DNA of 64,000 bases from a virus (lineage: Duplodnaviria > Caudoviricetes), in the IMG/VR virus record IMGVR_UViG_3300017913_001553, positions 1-64,000 of that record; one strand, written 5' to 3'. Shown here piece after piece: positions 58,719-64,000 of this stretch (position 1 is the first letter of the stretch; every line of letters begins with the position of its first letter). The notes below the pieces were generated by a model. The model saw nothing but the letters and a program-made list of their open reading frames with translations. It was not told where the DNA came from and did no database searches. Both the position numbers and the translations under genes were made by a program.

Positions 58719-58969
58719 TTACAATTTATGGAAAACCAGCATGTCCTAGTTGCACAAAAGCAAAGCAACTATGTGAGATGCGTGGATACGATTATGAATA
58801 CCAAGAGTTAGGTAAAGATTTTGAACGTGAGTTTATTTTGGAAACATTTCCAGGTGCACGTACATTCCCACAAATCGTCATTAATGGTGAAAAGGTTGGT
58901 GGATTTGAAGGTATGACAAAATATATTGAAGACACAAATTATAATGGAACAGGGCACACGATCTCATGA
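58715..58969 (+). CDS. Glutaredoxin
   Basis: IYGKPACPSC (CxxC), TFPQI, GG. Confidence 0.92.
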   Translation: MITIYGKPACPSCTKAKQLCEMRGYDYEYQELGKDFEREFILETFPGARTFPQIVINGEKVGGFEGMTKYIEDTNYNGTGHTIS

Positions 58970-59256
58970 TTATTGAAAAACCATATGATGTTGGTGACGT
59001 ATTGAGCATCAAATTGTCAAGCGGTGAAGAAATGGTTTGCCGTTTAGAAAAAAAAGGTGAGAAAACGCTAACAGTTAAGAAACCTATGATGCTTGTTGCC
59101 GGACCAGATGGAGCAGGATTGGCACCATTTATGTTCACAGTTGATCAAAACGCAAGTTTTAAAATTCAACTAAATAATGTTATCGTGGTAGTGAAAACCG
59201 CAAAAGATGCGGCAGACATGTACACCCAAGCAACAACAGGAATTGTAACAGTATAA
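58966..59256 (+). CDS. Small beta-barrel (Sm-like) protein, tentative
   Basis: IKLSSGEEMVCRL...TVKKPMML...LAPFM. Confidence 0.45.
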   Translation: MIIEKPYDVGDVLSIKLSSGEEMVCRLEKKGEKTLTVKKPMMLVAGPDGAGLAPFMFTVDQNASFKIQLNNVIVVVKTAKDAADMYTQATTGIVTV

Positions 59257-59558
59257 TGCCAGCAGTAAGTCGCAAATCAGACAGTTTAAGTACAGGTCAC
59301 GGTTGTGATGGATCAACTATTCTTGCGACACCTGCACAGGGTACTGTTTATGCTAATGGCAGATTGGTTGCCAGAATTACTGATAAAACAATTGTACACG
59401 CTATTCCAAGTGGTCCAGCGTGTGTACCACACACCGAACAAGTACGTGCGGGTAGTGGAACAGTATATACCGAAGGACTAAAAACAGCACGTATTGGCGA
59501 TGCCGCAGATGGTGGTAATATGACGAGTGGTTCGCCAAATGTTTATGCGGGCGGTTAA
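59256..59558 (+). CDS. PAAR-repeat spike tip protein
   Basis: MPAVSRKSD..GH, VYANG..AR..D...H, GSGTVY.EG..ARIGD, GSPNVYAG. Confidence 0.88.
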   Translation: MPAVSRKSDSLSTGHGCDGSTILATPAQGTVYANGRLVARITDKTIVHAIPSGPACVPHTEQVRAGSGTVYTEGLKTARIGDAADGGNMTSGSPNVYAGG

Positions 59559-59566
59559 AAAATATA

Positions 59567-59595
59567 TTGACAATCGTGATTTTATTTGTTATAAA
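59567..59595 (+). promoter_or_regulatory. Strong sigma70-type promoter for the tRNA/enzyme operon
   Basis: TTGACA-N17-TATAAA with TG extension; an ATAAATA late motif follows at about 59598. Confidence 0.8.
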
Positions 59596-59622
59596 AGATA
59601 AATAAACATGGTAGTTAATAAT

Positions 59623-59698
59623 GCTCCTATAGCTCAGTTGGTAGAGCAACTGATTTGTAATCAGTAGGTCCGCGGTTCGAGTCCGTGTGGGAGCACCA
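59623..59698 (+). tRNA. tRNA-Thr(UGU) with encoded CCA
   Basis: Acceptor GCTCCTA/TGGGAGC, D arm GCTC-AGTTGGTA-GAGC, anticodon arm ACTGA-TTTGTAA-TCAGT, GGTTCGAGT T loop. Confidence 0.97.
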
Positions 59699-59702
59699 TT
59701 AT

Positions 59703-59787
59703 GCGGTTGTGGTGGAATTGGTAGACACGCTAGATTTAGGTTCTAGTGCTTCACGGCGTGAGAGTTCGAGTCTCTCCAACCGCACCA
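59703..59787 (+). tRNA. tRNA-Leu(UAG), long variable arm, encoded CCA
   Basis: GCGGTTG/CAACCGC acceptor, GGAATTGGTAGACAC D arm, CTAGA-TTTAGGT-TCTAG anticodon arm. Confidence 0.97.
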
Positions 59788-59856
59788 AATTATAAAAAAT
59801 ATTATATAGTACATTTTAATTAGTGGACGTTACGATTAGGAAATTTTAATAATTGC

Positions 59857-59894
59857 GTAGGTTGCAAGACCCTATCATTTGGTAAAAAACTTGC
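59857..59894 (+). ncRNA. H-type pseudoknot resembling a preQ1-I riboswitch aptamer
   Basis: P1 GTAGG/CCTAT, loop TTGCAAGAC, 3' tail TAAAAAACTTGC. GCAAG (59864-68) pairs with CTTGC (59890-94). Confidence 0.5.
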
Positions 59895-59897
59895 TTT

Positions 59898-59973
59898 GGG
59901 GAATTAGCTCAGTTGGGAGAGCGTCTGATTTGCATTCAGAAGGTCATCGGTTCGATCCCGGTATTCTCCACCA
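59898..59973 (+). tRNA. tRNA-Ala(UGC) with encoded CCA
   Basis: GGGGAAT/ATTCTCC acceptor with the G3:U70 Ala determinant; TCTGA-TTTGCAT-TCAGA anticodon arm. Confidence 0.97.
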
Positions 59974-59992
59974 TTTCACTCTGGAGACCTAA

Positions 59993-60934
59993 ATGAATTA
60001 TTTTGAACTACAACCAGAGGAAAACACTTTTCTCAATATCGTTGTAGATTTGACACACAAGTGCAATATGGAATGTGCTAACTGCTATATTCCAAATAGA
60101 GATATCCCTGATCTAGATAAAGATCGTTTAGAGGATTTCTTGACACGACTTCCGTTTAGAACATATATTAGATTGATTGGTGCTGAACCAACCATGCGTG
60201 ATGATTTGCCAGAAATTATTGCCATGGTTAAGCGGTTAGGGCATCGTCCTAGTCTAACAACAAACGGACTTAAATTGGCACATATGCCGTATACGCAGAG
60301 TCTTAAAGATGTTGGATTGCGTCTAATGCTTCACAGTATGAATGGGGCAGACGATGATGAAGCATATAAAGTATTAGATATGGGTAAATGGGCAGAAGTA
60401 AAAACACGTGCTCTGGATAATATCTTGGCATGTCGTCTACCTATCAATACAGGGACAATTATCGCACGTGATGTAAATGAGCACTGTGTTCGTCGTCAGG
60501 TAGAAGTATTCGAAAAGTATTGTCTAAAGAATGATATCAACCTAGATACAACAGCACCTTACAATAGAATTACGCCAGTGTTGCGTATGAAAAGTGTCGG
60601 CAGTCTTGGTCGTAATATGGGGAGTGATTTGGCATTGGGTATTTCTGAATTGGCAGAAATCGCATCAGAAGAATTTAGCATTCCAATTGATGAAATTATC
60701 GCAAGTAAAGTTAGCGCAGGTGTTGTAAAAGCAGGCAACTATGGCGAAGCATTAACTAGTTTAATGTTTCCAGTTCATACAGCAGCAGGTAAACTTTTTA
60801 TCCGTTTAATTGATTGGAGTGTAAACGACGAGGGTGTTATTGATCATGATAACCCTAATCGTGGTAGATTAACACAAGACTTTAAAGTAGCACCATTTTT
60901 TGAACACGTTAAGAGGAATGAGTTTGGGTATTGA
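59993..60934 (+). CDS. MoaA-like radical SAM enzyme lacking auxiliary-cluster cysteines
   Basis: DLTHKCNMECANCY, IRLIGAEP, LTTNG; C-terminal DNPNRGRLTQD where MoaA has CxxCxRxRLxxD. Confidence 0.8.
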   Translation: MNYFELQPEENTFLNIVVDLTHKCNMECANCYIPNRDIPDLDKDRLEDFLTRLPFRTYIRLIGAEPTMRDDLPEIIAMVKRLGHRPSLTTNGLKLAHMPYTQSLKDVGLRLMLHSMNGADDDEAYKVLDMGKWAEVKTRALDNILACRLPINTGTIIARDVNEHCVRRQVEVFEKYCLKNDINLDTTAPYNRITPVLRMKSVGSLGRNMGSDLALGISELAEIASEEFSIPIDEIIASKVSAGVVKAGNYGEALTSLMFPVHTAAGKLFIRLIDWSVNDEGVIDHDNPNRGRLTQDFKVAPFFEHVKRNEFGY

Positions 60935-61523
60935 GGTTTATACAGCAACACACAAGGATGCTGATTTTAAAGATTATTGTGCGGCAATAGATAGGTTCCA
61001 TTTACATTTAGAGAAACATGGAACTAATGATAAACTTATTGAAAATTATCGTCCAAAAAGATTACAGTCACGTGATAGTATTGGAATCACTGTTTACTTG
61101 GATGATGGAGCATTATTGGGATTTAGCACAGTAATCACACGTGATATTTTTGGCAATGGGACACGTGTATTAAATCGCTTTGTAAAATCTCCAGTGTATA
61201 GATTTGAAAATGAACGCCGTAGAGTTAGTCAAGAAACAAAAGATATGATACAGCAACAATTAACGATTAGTCGTGAATTAGGGTTTGACTATTCGTTTAT
61301 GAGCCGTTATACTACTACAAATACAAGTAATTTTGACCATTATGGAAAACAGTTAACATTTGCTGAGTGGAAGAACGAACCGGGAAGATACTGCGTAACT
61401 GAAAACTTTCATCATAAAACAAGTTACCAGCATCTTATCTGGACTAGTTTTAATGATAATGTAAAAGAATTACCTATGTATTGGATAAGTGATGGAGAGT
61501 TCAATGAACTTGAAGAATTGTAA
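60918..61523 (+). CDS. GNAT-fold protein (putative acyl/aminoacyl transferase)
   Basis: ITVYLDDGALLGFS hairpin, VLNRFVKSPVYR motif-A-like strand, MIQQQLTISRELGFDYSFM helix-strand. Confidence 0.5.
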   Translation: MSLGIEVYTATHKDADFKDYCAAIDRFHLHLEKHGTNDKLIENYRPKRLQSRDSIGITVYLDDGALLGFSTVITRDIFGNGTRVLNRFVKSPVYRFENERRRVSQETKDMIQQQLTISRELGFDYSFMSRYTTTNTSNFDHYGKQLTFAEWKNEPGRYCVTENFHHKTSYQHLIWTSFNDNVKELPMYWISDGEFNELEEL

Positions 61524-62349
61524 GTTTGGATATATGATTGAAGATTTAGACTTCAATGACTATGATCCAAAAGAGATATTAAATTTAGTCGGTGATGGAC
61601 GTTTCGTTGTTATTAGAAACAATGAAAGGGTATTGCCATCGCAAATGGTAAAGTTATATAAAGAATTAGGTACAGTAGTATCCCAAAATGAAAAAGTAGA
61701 AAGTGCAGGAGTAGATGGGTTCCGTGAGTTGGTTAAGGTTCGTAGTAATGGTATGTTTACTGGTAACGATGATGGTGAGCTTGAATATCATTGCGCAGGG
61801 ATGAGTCGCACAGGTGGCGAGGATATCGTTGCAATGTATATGTATGACAAAGGAATAAGTGGTGGTATAACATATTATACAGATTCACAAACGGCATTTG
61901 ACGATTTGAGTGATGATGTAAAAGATTTGTGTAGAAAAGTAAATAGCAAAATATTAACATACAGCAAGAAAACAAAACTTGAAGGTAGTTACTACAAAAA
62001 GATTTTTAATGATGAACAGACCATGATGGAATTTCGTGATCCTGATGGTGAAAAAGTTTTTTTCAAGCAAACCCCACGAAAACAATTAGTGATTGAACAT
62101 CCAATTAATGGAAAAGAGGGATTATATTTCCCATGGAGTGTGATTAGAGGATTTACTGGGTTGGACCCACAGGAACAAAAAGATTTATACAGTCATTTAA
62201 AACAGCATACACTAAAAGAAAAATATGTGTATGCTCATGAATGGCAAAATAACGATATTATATTGAGTGATCAGCATCATAGTTTGCATAGACGTGATGC
62301 CTATGAAGGTGATCGTGAACTTTGGAGAGCAGGAATATGGTTGAATTAG
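61504..62349 (+). CDS. TauD/TfdA-family Fe(II)/2OG enzyme with H-X-A metal site (putative halogenase)
   Basis: YHCAG in place of WHxD, GGITYYTD, HPING, YAHEWQNNDIILSDQHHSLHRR...DRELWR. Confidence 0.75.
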   Translation: MNLKNCKFGYMIEDLDFNDYDPKEILNLVGDGRFVVIRNNERVLPSQMVKLYKELGTVVSQNEKVESAGVDGFRELVKVRSNGMFTGNDDGELEYHCAGMSRTGGEDIVAMYMYDKGISGGITYYTDSQTAFDDLSDDVKDLCRKVNSKILTYSKKTKLEGSYYKKIFNDEQTMMEFRDPDGEKVFFKQTPRKQLVIEHPINGKEGLYFPWSVIRGFTGLDPQEQKDLYSHLKQHTLKEKYVYAHEWQNNDIILSDQHHSLHRRDAYEGDRELWRAGIWLN

Positions 62350-63035
62350 AATACGGTGAAATTGATAATATCAATATTCGTGAACAATTATTAGAGCATG
62401 GATTATTAGTAATCCGCAATGCTGATATCTCTATGGATGAATTTAAAGAACGTGTGACATCTATGGGTAAACCACTGGTTACAACAAAGCATGTGTTGGA
62501 TGATGATCGTGTTGTTCAAGAATTAAGTGAAAATGGTTTGTTTAGTAACAATGATGTGGATTGGCACAATGATTGGAGTTACGGTAGAGGTAATTATTTT
62601 GGAACTGCCTTGCGAAATGTAGAAGGTGGTGAACTAAGTGAAACACATTTTTGTGATATGACAAAAATTCCACAAAGTATTATGCGTATGTACGAGGGCA
62701 AGGTAGGAAAATATTATCCACCGCAATCATTACATGATGTCTGCTTTACTGAAAAACAGTTACGAATTTTGGAAAAGCAAAAAGTAGAGCGTCCAATAGT
62801 TATGGATCATCCAATTACTGGAACGCCTCTTGTATTCTGTAGTCCTGGAACAATACAAAATGATGATATTGACTTGATGCCAATTATTCTTTATGCAGAT
62901 GTAGATGCGTATAATTACAAACACAAATGGAAACCAAATGATATTCTTATTTGGGACAATTATAGAATGATGCACAGACGTATGGCATTTGAAGGACACC
63001 GACTATTGTGGAGAATTCAATTCACATTAGAATAA
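62337..63035 (+). CDS. TauD/TfdA-family Fe(II)/2OG dioxygenase (canonical HxD)
   Basis: GLLVIRN, DWHND, ETHFCD, HPITG, HKWKPNDILIWDNYRMMHRR...RLLWR. Confidence 0.88.
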   Translation: MVELEYGEIDNINIREQLLEHGLLVIRNADISMDEFKERVTSMGKPLVTTKHVLDDDRVVQELSENGLFSNNDVDWHNDWSYGRGNYFGTALRNVEGGELSETHFCDMTKIPQSIMRMYEGKVGKYYPPQSLHDVCFTEKQLRILEKQKVERPIVMDHPITGTPLVFCSPGTIQNDDIDLMPIILYADVDAYNYKHKWKPNDILIWDNYRMMHRRMAFEGHRLLWRIQFTLE

Positions 63036-63069
63036 AGTAAAAATTATTTAAAAAAGTAATAATTTATAC

Positions 63070-63098
63070 TTGACAACTCTATCTTTACAGTATAGTAT
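63070..63098 (+). promoter_or_regulatory. Sigma70-type promoter
   Basis: TTGACA-N17-TAGTAT. Confidence 0.75.
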
Positions 63099-63128
63099 GA
63101 TCTTATATGATTAACATAGGAGATTAAT

Positions 63129-63416
63129 ATGAGAGCAACAACATGCTCTGATGGAGTAAAACGAATTAACGCTAAAATTGAAGTTCCCATGACTCATGTG
63201 GATGTGAGTGATTACGTATTATCAGCAGTGTCTGGTGAGGTAATCACTCTTGAAAGTGTGCAACAATTAAACAAGCGACAACTACTACAAGTTGCAAAAG
63301 AAGAAGTATATAATTATGGTGTTGCTGTTCCGCGTCAACGTGCAAAAGAAGTTGATACTAAAACAAACATTATTATACGAAACTATGTAAAAAACATGTT
63401 TCCAGAGATCGATTAA
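63129..63416 (+). CDS. Small hypothetical protein (early)
   Basis: GGAG SD and own promoter; 95 aa. Confidence 0.6.
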   Translation: MRATTCSDGVKRINAKIEVPMTHVDVSDYVLSAVSGEVITLESVQQLNKRQLLQVAKEEVYNYGVAVPRQRAKEVDTKTNIIIRNYVKNMFPEID

Positions 63417-63427
63417 GGAGAATAGAT

Positions 63428-63958
63428 ATGTTTAAGAAATTCGCAATCACAGCAACTGCTATTATGATCACGTCAGCGGCAGCAGCACAATCAACTGCTT
63501 ATGCTACAATTACAAAAGTAGTCCCTAATTACACAAACGGTGGAACAACTCAACAAGCATATCAGAGTTGTGAAATTGTTAGTGTGCCAGTTACTCGCAC
63601 AGAAACTGTTCGTGAAGGCGGCAGTTCGGGTGAGGGAGCATTGGCAGGAATGATTATCGGTGGTATTCTTGGTAAAGGAGTATCTGGTAACGATAAAGGT
63701 GCGGCAGCAGGTGCTGTAATTGGTGGCATTATTGGTGCTGATAAAGGCGGTAATGGTCGTACAGTTGAGCGCAATGTGACACGATATGAAGATCGTGAAG
63801 TGTGTACGACAAAATATCGTACAGTCCATGGATCACGCCAGATCAAAAATTATAAGATTACCTATGAATGGGCTGGTGTAACTGGAACAAGTTATACTTA
63901 TAATTCATATAATGTAGGTGATCAGATTCCGGTAACTGTTTCTATTAACGCAAAGTAA
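63428..63958 (+). CDS. Exported glycine-zipper (2TM) protein
   Basis: Signal peptide MFKKFAITATAIMITSAAAA; GALAGMIIGGILG...GAAAGAVIGGIIG zipper; YKITYEW..G beta domain. Confidence 0.8.
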   Translation: MFKKFAITATAIMITSAAAAQSTAYATITKVVPNYTNGGTTQQAYQSCEIVSVPVTRTETVREGGSSGEGALAGMIIGGILGKGVSGNDKGAAAGAVIGGIIGADKGGNGRTVERNVTRYEDREVCTTKYRTVHGSRQIKNYKITYEWAGVTGTSYTYNSYNVGDQIPVTVSINAK

Positions 63959-64000
63959 GAGGTTATTATGTATCGCTCATTATTAGTTGGCATTGCTCTA

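Noticed and set aside
59788-59897. A fourth tRNA (Cys, from TTGCAA) or an HDV-like theta ribozyme after tRNA-Leu
   Set aside because: There is no acceptor stem or T loop. No nested double pseudoknot begins at the tRNA 3' end; the simple H-type pseudoknot explains the sequence better.
59993-60934. Queuosine or deazaguanine DNA-modification pathway (QueE)
   Set aside because: There are no folE/queD/queC/dpdA genes in the window, and the protein resembles MoaA more than QueE.
1-64000. Stop-codon reassignment (alternative genetic code)
   Set aside because: Core genes are full length in the standard code and end in TAA, TAG or TGA. There is no suppressor tRNA.

Overview
This window is a 64 kb segment of an AT-rich, T4-superfamily myovirus genome. 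Its gene content and order resemble the large RaK2/GAP32/Atu_ph07-type jumbo phages (inference from gene order). From 5' to 3' it contains: (1) a tail-fibre block with internal repeats and two S74 chaperone-capped fibres; (2) a glycosyltransferase pair and a NUDIX hydrolase; (3) neck, sheath, tube, head-completion and terminase genes; (4) a replication/recombination block with gp32, UvsX/Y/W, gp62, a mini DnaE-like protein, primase and gp41 helicase; (5) a run of probable head-internal proteins; (6) an exonuclease, class Ia nrdAB, glutaredoxin and PAAR; (7) three tRNAs (Thr-UGU, Leu-UAG, Ala-UGC). Late genes carry (A/C/T)TAAATA promoters; replication genes carry TTGACA-N16-17 sigma70-type promoters, three of them apparently leaderless. 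The best candidate for an undescribed system is the operon at 59567-63035. It comprises tRNAs, a preQ1-I-like pseudoknot, a MoaA-like radical SAM enzyme that lacks its auxiliary-cluster cysteines, a GNAT-fold protein and two TauD-family Fe/2OG enzymes. One of those two has the H-X-A metal site typical of halogenases. All family assignments come from reading motifs by eye; no database searches were run.
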